A stretch of DNA of 64,000 bases, from assembly GCA_965248695.1 (NCBI GenBank), contig CBDFKD010000002.1, forward strand, positions 2,752,001 through 2,816,000, given 5' to 3'. This DNA comes from Acidobacteriota bacterium. Lineage in GTDB: Bacteria; Acidobacteriota; UBA890; WLXD01. A program made the translations under genes and the position numbers. How positions within the stretch are numbered: the first letter of the stretch is position 1; each line of letters starts with the position of its first letter. Under the pieces are notes generated by a model that was not told the DNA's origin, searched no databases, and saw only the letters and a list, made by a program, of their open reading frames with translations. Below, piece after piece: positions 37,754 through 48,765 of the stretch.

Positions 37754-39090
37754 TTGTGCTCCGGTGGCACGGCGCCATCCGCACCCCACCAGGCGCAGAT
37801 CTTGGCATCCTCGAACGCCAACAATGCCGGCTCACGCTCGACCATGGCAATCACGTCTTCCTTGGTCGGACGGTTCGCCCCCATGTCGCCGCAAATGTGC
37901 GCCAGATGCGTGCCCAGCGGCGGCACCGGCAGGCCGCTGACGAATCGGGCATCGGTTCCGGCCAGAATGCGCCCGTAGTTCTCGGTCTCGACCTCGGCCC
38001 AGCTGTCGGCGTCGAAGAAGTCGTCGAGCGCCGAGTAATCACCCTTCTGCACCCTCGACAGCACGTTGGGCAGCTTCATGTAGATCGTCTCGAAGCGGCG
38101 GTAGAGGCGCCCCATGAACGCTACGCCGTCGAACGACATGGTGACCGTCGTGCCGTCCCGGGTCTGCACCGTCTTGGTGTGCGGCCGCTCATCCAGAATG
38201 CGGCGTACCCGATCGATCTCGTAGTACCAGGCGGGGAGCAGCTCGCGACAGTGCGGGTCTTCGGCGACGCAGAGCCCGAGGATGTCGGTGTACACCTGCT
38301 TGATGGTGTAGAACTCGTCGATCGCGGCGCGGTTGCGGATCTCGCCGAACCAGGGGCTGAGCAGGACGATCGAGCGCACGCGGTCGGGGAAGTAGCGCAG
38401 GTACGCGATCACGCTGCCGCCGCCGGTGGAGTAACCGTAGGCGTTGATCTGTTCGTGGCCGAGGAGCTGACGGATCTCGTCGACATCGCGGGCGATGTCG
38501 TACTCGTTGTACTTGGTGACGTCGATGCCCTCCGCCATCAGCTTGTCGTAGCAGCGCTCGACGGTCTCGGCGTGCAGGCGCAGCCGCTCCATGGAGTCGT
38601 TGGTCAGAACGATCGACGGCGCCAGCCGGTTCTGGTAGGGCGACATGGCGATGTCGGGGCACGACAGCGTCGGCTCGGAGTTGAAGAAGCCGCGGTGATC
38701 GATGAGCACCAGCGTGCGGGTCGCAGCGTCGGTGCGTAGCCAATCGACATAGGCGCGCATAGGAGACAGCCCCGGACCGCCGGGAAAATACACGACCGGA
38801 TCGGGGTGCGGACGTGCGGACCCGTGGTCGGGGGCCATGACGGCGACCGGGAGCTCGACGATGGTGCCGTTCGGATCGTCACGATCCTCCTGGCCGAAGA
38901 ACCGGTAACACTCGGCGTTGGCCCCGAGGAGCTCCGGGGTCGTGCACTCGGCTGACTCCAGCCTCGGCACCTGCGCCTGAATCTGCGCTGAGGGAGCGCC
39001 CGCCAGCGCGAGCAGCCAGACGATCGAGGCGGCAGCGAGCCTGCGGCGCGTGAGCACTCTGACCGCGCTCGGTTCTACTCGAATACCCAT
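37754..39090 (-). pseudogene. Secreted alpha/beta hydrolase, C-terminus removed by IS256
   Basis: PGGPG and GYSTGG; similarity to its paralog stops at GAVPPEH, the IS end. Confidence 0.82.
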
Positions 39091-40613
39091 GGCCCCAGGG
39101 ACACGTCGTCGGTGCAGCTATCGTCGACTTCGGCATCCGGGTCGTCCAGGAAGCTCGAGATCACCTGCGGCCGACACTCCCCCGCCAGCCCATGCCCGAG
39201 CGCCTGAAACTCGAGGATCTGCAGATTGGGCATTGTGCGCGCCAGATAATGGCCCCAGCGCGTGGTGCAGCACGAGTCGACCTGACCGTGCAGCGACAGC
39301 CCGGGAACATCGGAGTAAAAGCGATCGTTGTGCTCTGGTGGCACGGCGCCGTCCACACCCCACCAGGCGCAGATCTTGTTGTCCTCGAACGCTACCAGCG
39401 CCGGCTCGCGCTCGAGCATGGCGAAGACGTCGTCCTTGGTCGGTCGATTCGCGCCCATATCGCCGCAAACGTGGGCAAGGTAGTAACCGTAGGGCTGCCG
39501 CTCGTCGACGTCATCGGGCGACACCTCACGCCAGCCGTCAATGCTGAAGAAGTCGTCGAGCGCCGAGTAGTCGTGCCGCTGTACCCGCGACAGCACGTTC
39601 GGCAGCTTCATGTAGATGTCCTCGAAGCGGCGATAGATCTTGGCGATCAGGGCGACACCGTCGAACGTCAGGGTAACCGTCCTGCCGTCGTCAGTCTGCG
39701 CGGTGGTGACGTAGGGCTGCGCATCGAGCGCCCGGCGAGCACGGTCGATCTCGTAGTACCAGGCCGGAAGCAGCTCGCGACAGTGCGGATCCTCGGCCAC
39801 ACACAGGCCGAGGATATCGGTATACATCTGCTTGATGGTGTAGAACTCGTCGATGGCGGCGCGGTTGCGATACTCGCCGAACCAGGGCGCCCCGAGCACG
39901 AAAGCGCGCACGCTGTGCGGGTAGTAGCGCAGGTACGCCAGCACGCTGCCGCCGCCCGTGGAGTAGCCGTAAATATCGACCTTGTCGTAACCCAGCAGCT
40001 CACGGATCTCGTCGACGTCGCGGGCGATGTCGTACTCGTTGTACTTCGCCACGTCGACGCCCTCACCGACCAGCTTGTCGTAGCACCGTTCCACCGTCTC
40101 GGCGTGCAGGCGCAGCCGTTCCATGGTGTCGGTGGAGGAAACCACCACCGGGGAAAGCTCGTTCTGGTACGGCGAGATGGTGCGGCCTGGGCAGATCAGC
40201 GTCGGCGTGGCGTGAAGGAACCCACGATGCTCGACGAGAACGACCGGACGGTTGCCGGCATCGCCGCGGATCCAATCGAATTCGCCCATCGGCGACAGGC
40301 CGGGGCCGCCCGGGAAGAAGAAGAGCGGCTCAGGGCTCGGACCGACGTTCGGGGCGTCGGCTGCGCTCTCCGGCGCGATCACCGCCACCGGCAACTCGAC
40401 GATCGTGCCGTTGGGGTCGTCGCGATCCTCCTGGCCGAAGAACATGTAGCAATCGGCGTCGGTGTCAACCAACTGCTGCGTGACGCAGTCGGCGGGCTCG
40501 ATTCGCGGGACGGCTCCCGTCTCCTGAGCACCTGCGAGGCCCGGGAGGGTGGCGACCAAAGCGCACGCCAATCCCGTCCGTATCGCTGGCCGTCGTGCGC
40601 GCGCTACCTCCAA
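39075..40613 (-). CDS. Secreted alpha/beta hydrolase (TAP-like)
   Basis: PGGPG, GYSTGG, HGQVD, LGHG; TTG start inferred from RBS. Confidence 0.85.
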   Translation of the reverse strand: MEVARARRPAIRTGLACALVATLPGLAGAQETGAVPRIEPADCVTQQLVDTDADCYMFFGQEDRDDPNGTIVELPVAVIAPESAADAPNVGPSPEPLFFFPGGPGLSPMGEFDWIRGDAGNRPVVLVEHRGFLHATPTLICPGRTISPYQNELSPVVVSSTDTMERLRLHAETVERCYDKLVGEGVDVAKYNEYDIARDVDEIRELLGYDKVDIYGYSTGGGSVLAYLRYYPHSVRAFVLGAPWFGEYRNRAAIDEFYTIKQMYTDILGLCVAEDPHCRELLPAWYYEIDRARRALDAQPYVTTAQTDDGRTVTLTFDGVALIAKIYRRFEDIYMKLPNVLSRVQRHDYSALDDFFSIDGWREVSPDDVDERQPYGYYLAHVCGDMGANRPTKDDVFAMLEREPALVAFEDNKICAWWGVDGAVPPEHNDRFYSDVPGLSLHGQVDSCCTTRWGHYLARTMPNLQILEFQALGHGLAGECRPQVISSFLDDPDAEVDDSCTDDVSLGPWVFE

Positions 40614-40842
40614 CTCCGCACCTCCCTCGCTGTCGGGCTGTGTGTGTCTGGCTGTCGTGTGTCTGGCCGTCTTCGTGTCGACCGTTACAACGTACCGCGA
40701 AAGCACGCTTGACGGTGTCTGGACGGCCATGTTACGAAGAGTTTCGTAGTTTGCCGTCGAGCACGTCTCACGCAACCGTTCAACGGCACCAGTCGTGACG
40801 CGCGGCACTCGGCTTGCATCCTTCCCCACGCCGGTCAGAAAC

Positions 40843-41220
40843 TTGAGCAACCCCCGTCCAACGGACGCCGAGCTCGCCATCTTGAACGTGCTCTGGGACC
40901 GCGGTCCGAGCACCGTGCGGGGGGTGCTGGAAGGGTTCCCGCTGCCAGCGCCGGGCTACACGACCGCCCTGAAGCTGCTGCAGATCATGCACACCAAAGG
41001 GCTGGTAGCACGTGACGAGTCGGAGCGCGCCCATGTCTACCGTGCCGCCGCCCCGCGTGAGCATACGCAGCGCGGGCTCGTCGGCGACCTCATCGAGCGC
41101 GGGTTCGGAGGCTCCTCCGAGGAGCTCGTGCTACGCGCGCTCGAGGCGCGCCCGGCATCGGAAGACGAGCTGCAGGCCATCCGGCGCTTGATCGACAGGT
41201 TCTCCGAGGACGCATCATGA
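40843..41220 (+). CDS. BlaI/MecI/CopY-family repressor
   Basis: PTDAELAILNVLW.RGPSTVR...YTTALKLLQIMHTKG. Confidence 0.92.
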   Translation: MSNPRPTDAELAILNVLWDRGPSTVRGVLEGFPLPAPGYTTALKLLQIMHTKGLVARDESERAHVYRAAAPREHTQRGLVGDLIERGFGGSSEELVLRALEARPASEDELQAIRRLIDRFSEDAS

Positions 41221-42490
41221 ATCGGAGACACTGCCGTGATCTTGGAGACCCCGACGTGATTCGGGGCGACACTGTCGTGATTCGGGAGACGCCGTGGTGA
41301 TCTGGGACGTGCTGGTGTCGCCATCGTGGACCCGGCCACTCGGCTGGGCGCTGGCACACTCGGTCTGGCAGATCACACGTTCGTATTTGCGCATCAGCCG
41401 CAAGCACGCTCGGCGCCGACCCTGTACGGCACCAGCCTGGCGGCGGCGGAGACGGTCGTGTCCACTCCGCCCGAACGCAGCATCGACCTCGCTGGCTATG
41501 TCGAGCCGCTCGTCGAGCTGGCGGTGCTGCTGTGGATAGCAGTCCTGGCGGTCTCCGCCATGCGGTTCGCCAGGGCACTCGCTGACACCGGCCAGCTCTA
41601 CGCCGCCGCCGGCCCGCCCGGTGCCAGCCGGGCTCTCCGATTACGTCGCCCGCCGCCGTGTGGAGGTGGGCGTACGACGACCGATCCGTCTGCGCTGCTC
41701 GGACCGCGTCGACAGCCCCACCCTGATCGGCTGGCTACGGCCCTTGATCCTGATCCCGGACAGCGCCACCGAGCTCGACGCGCACCGCGTCGAGCCATTG
41801 CTCGCACACGAGATGGCGCACATCCGTCGACATGACTACGCCATGAACCTCGCCCAGGCGGTGGTCGACCGGGTGTTCTTCTACCACCCGGCGCTGCGCT
41901 GGCTGTCTGGCCAGGTGCGCCTGGCACGGGAGCACTGCTGCGACGACAGCGCCGTAGCTGCCACGGATGGTGGCCGGCTCGCCTATGCGCGGTCGCTCGC
42001 TGGTCTCGAAGAGCTCCGGGCACACCCGGCCCGGCTCGCTGCCTCGGACAGCGGCCTGCTGCACCGCGTTCGCCGGCTGCTGAGTCCACCGCAGGCGCCG
42101 CGCCGGTTCAAGGCGATCGCCCCGCTGACCCTGGCAGGTGCGTTGGTCGCCAGCGGCGGCTACGCGATGATGCCGTCGGTTTCTGCCACCACCGTGCTGG
42201 ACGGTCTCGACCCGGTGCATCTGCTCGGCGGGCGCGAGCTTGCCGGCACCCCCAGCCTGGCAGTGCGACTGCACGGCTACCGCTACCTGTTCGCCGATAC
42301 GTACACCCGCGAGCGCTTTCTGGCAGATCCTGATCGATACGCGGTGCTCAACGTGCGGGCGTGCCCGGTCACGGGCGATCCTGTGCGACCCGACGTATGG
42401 CGTGTGGTCGACGGCCGCATCGTGCTGTTCTGCTGCCGCGGGTGCTGGCCAGACTGCCGCCCTAACCAACCTCCCCTATCTCTTCGAGGA
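41217..42490 (+). pseudogene. BlaR1/M56 peptidase + YHS-like domain, frameshifted
   Basis: LGWALAHSVWQ, SPTLIGWLRP, AHEMAHIRRHD, REHCCD, DGLDPV...FLADPDRY spread over three frames. Confidence 0.8.
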
Positions 42491-42499
42491 GTTCCAAGC

Positions 42500-43521
42500 A
42501 TGTCGAGCTCGAATCTGCCGCACCCAGAAGTACGAAGGTCTTCGTTGATTCGCCACCTACGCCGCGGATCGCAGATCGCGCTGGCCGGCAGCCTGGCGAT
42601 CAGCGCACCGGCGACTTCGCATCTGGGCGTCGCCGTTGCCGCAACTCCGCATCTCGGTCCCGCCGTTGCCGCAACTCCGCATCCAAATCTCCTCACCCCC
42701 GCAGCTTCGCGCCAGGACACCGATGTTCCTCCCATGCCCAATGACTTCCCCACCCATCTGGTGGGCGATCCCGAGATCGACGGCCGACGGCTACGCCCCT
42801 ACCGGGTCGAGCTGTCGATGTCTCGGGTGGGCAGGGACGGCCCCCTACAGCTCGGCGAACGTGTGCGGGTCGGGGCCATCCAGGTGAACGAGCTGGCGTT
42901 GGTGGAGGTCGATGGACGACAGGTTTGGCGCCGCACCATCGAGACCCGCCGCGCCGGCACCGACGAGATCCTGGCCGTGGCCAGCATCGACATGGACCAC
43001 ACCTCCCTACGGCCGCTGCGCGCCAGCGTCGAGCAGGGCGACAACAAGCAGAGCTTCGAGTACGACGGCGACGCCCACGTCATCCGTCAGACCGATGGCG
43101 CCGGCACCAACGGTGCCGAGCTGAGCCACGATCTGTGGATGTACGAAGCCGGCGCGCACGACGTGCTCATGAGCGCCCTGCCGCTGCGCGAAGGCTTCGC
43201 GGCGCGCATCCCCGTCGTGATGGCGTCCGGCGGCGCCAAGTACTGGGCCATTCCACGCGTGGTGGCCTCGGAGAAGATCGACGTAGGCGACGGAGTGCCG
43301 CGCGACGCCTGGGTGGTGGATCTCGACTGGTGGGGCATGGGCGCCCAGCAAGCACCGAGTACTACCCGGGTGGCGGCGTCAACGACACCGGCGGCACCGG
43401 CGGCAGGTACTGGGTGTTGAAGTCACCACCGGAGGGTCTGCCGGGAGTGGTGCGAGTACGCACCGAGATCGACGACAGCAACGACTCGGTAATTCAGATG
43501 CAGGCAGCAGAAACGCAGTAG
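42500..43521 (+). pseudogene. Exported hypothetical protein, frameshift near 43345
   Basis: GAGGAG RBS before ATG 42500; C-terminus STEYYPGGG... continues in another frame. Confidence 0.55.
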
Positions 43522-43555
43522 AAGTCGCTGCGCGCCGACAGAACCGCTCCGCGCA

Positions 43556-43996
43556 TCATGTCGTCGAGCGCCCGGCAAGCTCGGCGGGATCAACTCGTTC
43601 GACCGAGTCGATGCGGTCGAAGTGGCGATCGGTGGACAGGATCCGTGGCAGCTCGTTGGACTCCATCACCGCTACGTGGATCGCATCGCGAGGAGACATC
43701 TTGGCGCCTTCGAGCAGCAGGTGGAGAGCGCGCACGGTGTCGGCCTCGGTAACCGGGAGGACTTCCCGGCTCAGGTTGCGTGCCGAGTCGAACACCGTCC
43801 GTGCAGTGTCCGCGCGCCCGATCGAGAAATAGCGATACAGGATCTCTTGCAACACCTCGGAGCTGGTCACCAGATCGATGCCTTCCTCCAGGACGCGCTC
43901 CAGAGCGTCGAGGCACGGCCGCCGTAGTGGATGCTCGCCGCCGGCGGCGTACATCAGCACGCTGGTGTCGAGGAAGAGGGCTCCCGGCTCAGTCAT
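43556..43996 (-). CDS. vapC: VapC PIN-domain toxin
   Basis: FLDTSVLMYA, EVLQEIL, RDAIHVA, STDRHFD. Confidence 0.92.
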   Translation of the reverse strand: MTEPGALFLDTSVLMYAAGGEHPLRRPCLDALERVLEEGIDLVTSSEVLQEILYRYFSIGRADTARTVFDSARNLSREVLPVTEADTVRALHLLLEGAKMSPRDAIHVAVMESNELPRILSTDRHFDRIDSVERVDPAELAGRSTT

Positions 43997-44267
43997 CGTC
44001 CTCAGTCCAGACCGCCACCGTGCCCCTCTTCAGTCGGACGTAGTCCTGTTCCCAGGCGGCGTAATCGTCAGGGGGCGGGGCGTCCGCGGCCTTCAAGGCG
44101 TCGAGAGCCGCTCGGCGCCGCTTTCGATCTTCGGGCTCCAGGCAATACCGAACGATCGATTCGCGCACCACGGCAGCCAACTTGCGGCCGCTGCCGCGCG
44201 CGATCGCTTCCAGAGCGTCGTACTGCGCTGGCGCGAGCGTCACCTGGACCTTCCGGGTCGTGCCCAT
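43989..44267 (-). CDS. RHH/CopG-type antitoxin (VapB-like)
   Basis: RKVQVTL...LAAVVRESI; overlaps the vapC start. Confidence 0.8.
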   Translation of the reverse strand: MGTTRKVQVTLAPAQYDALEAIARGSGRKLAAVVRESIVRYCLEPEDRKRRRAALDALKAADAPPPDDYAAWEQDYVRLKRGTVAVWTEDDD

Positions 44268-44273
44268 GGCCGA

Positions 44274-44318
44274 ATGATATCTGTAGGATGACATTTGTGT
44301 CAATATAATTATGTCATC
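44274..44318 (-). promoter_or_regulatory. vapBC promoter/operator
   Basis: TTGACA-18-TATCAT overlapped by inverted repeat GATGACAT...ATGTCATC. Confidence 0.7.
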
Positions 44319-44636
44319 ATAGACGAGATACCAATAGCCGGCACGGCGGGTCAGGAATAACCCGACGGGGGCGAATCGGGCGCCGTCGTACCCCCCTGCC
44401 GCAGCATTGAGATCGTGCAGCCGGCCGAGGGCGTCGGGTACTGTCGAGATGACAAGCCGATCGCCGGCCTGAACGTCAAACCCTGCCGGGTAGAGCAGGC
44501 GCTCGTTCGACGGACGCTCGAGGCTGAGGACCATCTTGTTGGCTTTGAGCGTGTTCTCGGCGCGAGCAACTGGTTCGAGGAGCTGGGGCGGCTCGTGCCG
44601 ACGAACCCGTAGCCTTTACCAGCAGCACCAGATCGG

Positions 44637-45335
44637 CTAGTTGTCGACTTTCTCCGACGCCGGCGGCCTGGCGACCCGGACCTTCGCTCGGCCCTCGCTG
44701 CCGACGAAGTCCCAACACACCTGCCCGAAGTAGAGCGCCCACAAGACGATGGCGCAGAGCTTGAAGACGTCTTCGCTCTCCCTCACGGCGGGGTCCAGAG
44801 TGAACACCACGTTGTCGATCACGCTGGAGATCGCGAAGCCCCCGACGGCCCCGAGCAACAGCAACCACGGGGTTCCTGCCATGACGGCGCGCGAGACCCC
44901 GAACAAGGCCACGAGGGAAGCCGCATAGAAAACGTGGAACAGGATCTCCGGTATCCCCACCTTGTCAGCGAAAGCGTCGTGGAACAGAAGGGTATCGTCG
45001 ACCGCCATGGTCAGCCCGAGCGCGCCGCCGATAACCAAAATCCTGTACGTGCTGCCGTCGGAGAAGCGCGCGCCGAGCGCTCGATGGGCGACGATCGCGG
45101 TCGCGACCGTCGCTGCGCCCGACACCAGCCAGAGCGTCGATCCGAGGAGCGACGCGTATGCATAGTACGGAGGAACCCCGGCCGCGCGGTACGGATCCCT
45201 CGTCAGGATCTTCATCGAAACACCGAAATAATCGGCGGCGAGCAATACGCCGGCGGCGGTCGCGGCACCGAGTACGAGTGCCCCTAGATAAAGGCCGCTG
45301 TACCGCTTCAGATTCTCGATCATTCTGCCTTCCAT
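44637..45335 (-). CDS. Membrane protein
   Basis: Multi-TM; LTRDP, DDTLLFHD, EDVFKL. Confidence 0.7.
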   Translation of the reverse strand: MEGRMIENLKRYSGLYLGALVLGAATAAGVLLAADYFGVSMKILTRDPYRAAGVPPYYAYASLLGSTLWLVSGAATVATAIVAHRALGARFSDGSTYRILVIGGALGLTMAVDDTLLFHDAFADKVGIPEILFHVFYAASLVALFGVSRAVMAGTPWLLLLGAVGGFAISSVIDNVVFTLDPAVRESEDVFKLCAIVLWALYFGQVCWDFVGSEGRAKVRVARPPASEKVDN

Positions 45336-45389
45336 GGCGATCGCCGCCAGCCCGGCTGCTCAGACCTCGGGCAGGCACCCACAGAGCCG

Positions 45390-47099
45390 TCAGCGCCAGG
45401 ATTCATGCTCGTATACCGACTCCCCTTCAAGAAGCGTCACCAGGACCTTTGCCTGGTGAATCTCCTCCGGCGGGATATCGAAAAGATTGCGATCGAGCAC
45501 CACCAGATCAGCGTATTTGCCGACCTCCAGGGTGCCGATCTCGCTCTCCCGGAAGTTCAGGTACGCGACATCGATGGTGTAGCCGGCGATCGCGGTAGCC
45601 AGATCGACGACCTCTTCGGCGTTGAACGGCTCACCGGGGCCGGCGGTCAGGCCGCGGCGGGTGACCGCCACCTGCATGCCCTCGAGCGGGTTCATCGACG
45701 ACACGCCCCAGTCGCTACCGAAGGCGATCCGGCCGCCAGCGTCGACCACCGCGCCGACCGGATAGACCCAGCGCGTGCGCTCGAGCCCGATGCGGGGCTC
45801 GATGAGATCGATCACCATCTCATCGCGCTGCGCCCAGATCGGCTGGAAGTTGGCGATCGCGCCGAGCTCGGCGAACCTGGGGAAGTCGTCCGGGTGGGCC
45901 AGATCAATGTGGGCGATATGGTGCCGGGAGTCGCGTTCATCGTTCACCGCGCGGGCATGCTCGAACGCGTCTAACGCGTAGCGAACGGTCGCATCGCCGA
46001 CGGCGTGCACGTGCACCTGGAAGCCCTCGGCGTCGAGCGCCGCTACCAGCGGGTTCAGGTCCTCGGGTGCGATGTTGGGGTGCCAGCGAAAGTCGGGGCG
46101 ATCGGCATAGGGCTCGATCAGCGCGGCGGTGTGGTTGTAGATCAGGCCATCGCCACCGATCTTCACGGCCGTGGGACGAAAGCGCTCGCCGCCGAACTCG
46201 TTGCGCAGGGCAACCACGCGAGCGACGTTTTCGAGTCCTTCCTCGGCGTTGATGCGTAATCCGGTGACCGCGCGCACCGTCAGCTCGCCGCGTGACTCCA
46301 GCGCCGCGTAGGCCTGCAGCGACTCCCTGCCGCCGCCGGCGTCCTGGAATGAGGTGATGCCAAGGCTGTTGGCCAGCTGGATGCCGCGCCGCAAGGCATC
46401 CGTCCGCTGCTCCGCACTCGGCTCCGGAACGTGCTCGTACACCAGCCTGCTGGCCGACTCGTGCAGGGTGCCGGTCGGCTCGCCGGTTGCCGGGTCGCGC
46501 TCGATGCGCCCGTTCTCCGGATCCGGCGTGTCCTTCGTGACCCCGGCGAGCTCCAGCGCGCGCGAGCTCGCCCAGGCGGAGTGGCCGTGCTGCGACGTGA
46601 GGATGATCGGTCGTCCCGGGGCGATCTCGTCGAGGACCGACTTGTGCGGGTTGGCCTGATCGAACAGGAACAGCGCCCAGCCGCCGCCGCGGATCCATTC
46701 GTCCGCCGCTCCCTCGGAGGCACACTCGCGAATCGCGTCAATGACGGCGTCGAGGGTAACGATGTCGCGCACGTTGCAGCCGCGGTTATCGACCGGGTGT
46801 ACATGCGAATCGCCAAACCCGGGCAGCAACATCTTGCCCTCGAGATCGACGACTCGGGTATCGGCCCCGATCAGCGGAGCGACTTCGTCGTCGGAGCCGA
46901 CGGCGACAATCCGACCGTCGGCAACTGCCACCGCCTCGGCCCATGGCTGGGTGGGGACGACCGTGTAGACGGCGCCGTTGCGGAGCACCAGGTCGGCCGG
47001 GTCGGGAGAATCAGCACACGCGACCGTGAAGGCGACCGTAACGAGGACAGCGGACAGCGCCGCCAGCGGAACCAGCGAGTGGGCGCGGGAAGTTCTCAT
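45390..47099 (-). CDS. Amidohydrolase-3 family (YtcJ/NfdA-like) lipoprotein
   Basis: PGFGDSHVH, HVHAVGD, RHHIAH, GSDW. Confidence 0.9.
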   Translation of the reverse strand: MRTSRAHSLVPLAALSAVLVTVAFTVACADSPDPADLVLRNGAVYTVVPTQPWAEAVAVADGRIVAVGSDDEVAPLIGADTRVVDLEGKMLLPGFGDSHVHPVDNRGCNVRDIVTLDAVIDAIRECASEGAADEWIRGGGWALFLFDQANPHKSVLDEIAPGRPIILTSQHGHSAWASSRALELAGVTKDTPDPENGRIERDPATGEPTGTLHESASRLVYEHVPEPSAEQRTDALRRGIQLANSLGITSFQDAGGGRESLQAYAALESRGELTVRAVTGLRINAEEGLENVARVVALRNEFGGERFRPTAVKIGGDGLIYNHTAALIEPYADRPDFRWHPNIAPEDLNPLVAALDAEGFQVHVHAVGDATVRYALDAFEHARAVNDERDSRHHIAHIDLAHPDDFPRFAELGAIANFQPIWAQRDEMVIDLIEPRIGLERTRWVYPVGAVVDAGGRIAFGSDWGVSSMNPLEGMQVAVTRRGLTAGPGEPFNAEEVVDLATAIAGYTIDVAYLNFRESEIGTLEVGKYADLVVLDRNLFDIPPEEIHQAKVLVTLLEGESVYEHESWR

Positions 47100-47205
47100 T
47101 GCCACCTCGTGTCCTGTAGCCGTGGAGGGGTCGGATCGTGGTCCGCGGGGCGGTCGCTTGTGCCAGAGAGAATGGGCTTCGCTCGCCGGCAAGACGGGCC
47201 GGGCG

Positions 47206-48702
47206 TCACGAGCGCGGCTCCGAAGCCAGCCGAGAGACTCGATCGAAGGGACTCAGAACTCCGAGCCGGTCGCCCAAGGGCAGCAGATTGCCGTCGATGT
47301 CGCGCAGAGGCTGCGGCGGATCAATCCGCTGGGTCAACGGCGTGACCACGAGCAACAGGACGGCGCTCGCCGCCAAACCGAGCATGTCGGACGGAAGCTC
47401 CGGGAACAGAACCAGACTGGCAATCCAGACCACGGCGCCGCCGATCATGCTGGCCAGCGCGCCGAAGCGATTCGACTTCGACCACCACACTCCCGCCACT
47501 ACCGGAACGAAGATAGAGACCAATAGAGCCGAGAACGAGTCGACCATCAGCACGTAGACGGCCTGGACGTAGAGGGCGATGCCGAGGGCACCCACGCCGA
47601 AGACCGGCACCGAGTAGCGCGCCCACGCCAGCCGCACGGCCGGGCTCGCGTTCGGGTAGAAGTACGGGATGATGTTGGCGCTCAGCACGCTCGCCGGCAC
47701 CAGCAGCGCACTGTCGGCGCTGCTCATGATCGCGGCAAGCAGGGCGCCCACGAAGATCGCCAGCGCCAGCGGATGCAGATAGTGCAACGCAAGCTGCGGG
47801 AGGATGAGCTCGGGGTCCGCCAGCTCGGGCAACACGAGCACGCCGAGCACCCCCAGTAGCACCGGGATCACGCCAACGGTGAGATAGCCGATCCCCGCCA
47901 GATAGGCGGAGTTCTGCGCCACGTTCTCGTTCTTGGCCGACATGGCGCGCTGCATCAGGTCTTGCGAGGCAATGCTACCGATGCCGATCACCGCCCAGTC
48001 GCGCGCGTAGTTCAGCCAGGTGGCGAAGCCGCCCTCCGCCGGGATTATCCGCAAACTGCCGGCGGGCAATGCCGAGTACGCTGCCTGCCAGCCGCCGAGA
48101 TCCCCGACCACGATCGGCAGCATCATGACGAAGCCGGCCATGAGAATCACCATCTGCACGAAATCGGTCATCGTCACCGCCCACATCCCACCGGCGGAGG
48201 TGTAGGAGAGCACGATCGCCGAGGCCACCAGAATGCCGGTGGTGGCGGAAACACCGGCCAGCGCCTGCAGGATGAAGCCGAAGGCCACCAGCTGGGCGCC
48301 GGTCCAGCCGATGTAGACGAAGATCATTACGACCGCCGAGAGCATCCCGGCGGTGGGGCCGAACTTGATCTCGAAGAAGCTGGCGATGGTCAACAGCCGC
48401 ATGCGGCGCATCATGCGCACGACGAACAAGCCCGCCAGCAGCAGACACACGCCGGCACCGAACGGATCGGCGATGACGCCGAGCATGCCGCCCTCGTACG
48501 CTGCCCCGGCGGCTCCCATCGTGGTGCCGGCACCCATCCAGGTGGCAAACAGGGTGGCGCTGCAAAGCCACAACGGCAGACGGCGGCCGGCGACGATGAA
48601 GTCGTCGCTGTCCTTGACCCGCCGCGACGCCAGGGCTCCGACGATCAGCATCCCGACGACGTACACCCCGACGCCGGAGAGCACGATCAGCTGATCACTC
48701 AC
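47206..48702 (-). CDS. Sodium:solute symporter
   Basis: DFIVAGRRLP, GGMWAVTMTDFVQ, AAIMSSADS. Confidence 0.92.
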   Translation of the reverse strand: MSDQLIVLSGVGVYVVGMLIVGALASRRVKDSDDFIVAGRRLPLWLCSATLFATWMGAGTTMGAAGAAYEGGMLGVIADPFGAGVCLLLAGLFVVRMMRRMRLLTIASFFEIKFGPTAGMLSAVVMIFVYIGWTGAQLVAFGFILQALAGVSATTGILVASAIVLSYTSAGGMWAVTMTDFVQMVILMAGFVMMLPIVVGDLGGWQAAYSALPAGSLRIIPAEGGFATWLNYARDWAVIGIGSIASQDLMQRAMSAKNENVAQNSAYLAGIGYLTVGVIPVLLGVLGVLVLPELADPELILPQLALHYLHPLALAIFVGALLAAIMSSADSALLVPASVLSANIIPYFYPNASPAVRLAWARYSVPVFGVGALGIALYVQAVYVLMVDSFSALLVSIFVPVVAGVWWSKSNRFGALASMIGGAVVWIASLVLFPELPSDMLGLAASAVLLLVVTPLTQRIDPPQPLRDIDGNLLPLGDRLGVLSPFDRVSRLASEPRS

Positions 48703-48765
48703 GAGCAGACTTCTCCTGCCAGCCGGCCGCGCCGAACAGCGGGGCCGCCACCACCGCGTGATGAT

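Noticed and set aside
42620-42690. 24-bp tandem repeat GCCGTTGCCGCAACTCCGCATC
   Set aside because: In-frame linker duplication (AVAATPH) after a signal-like peptide; unremarkable.
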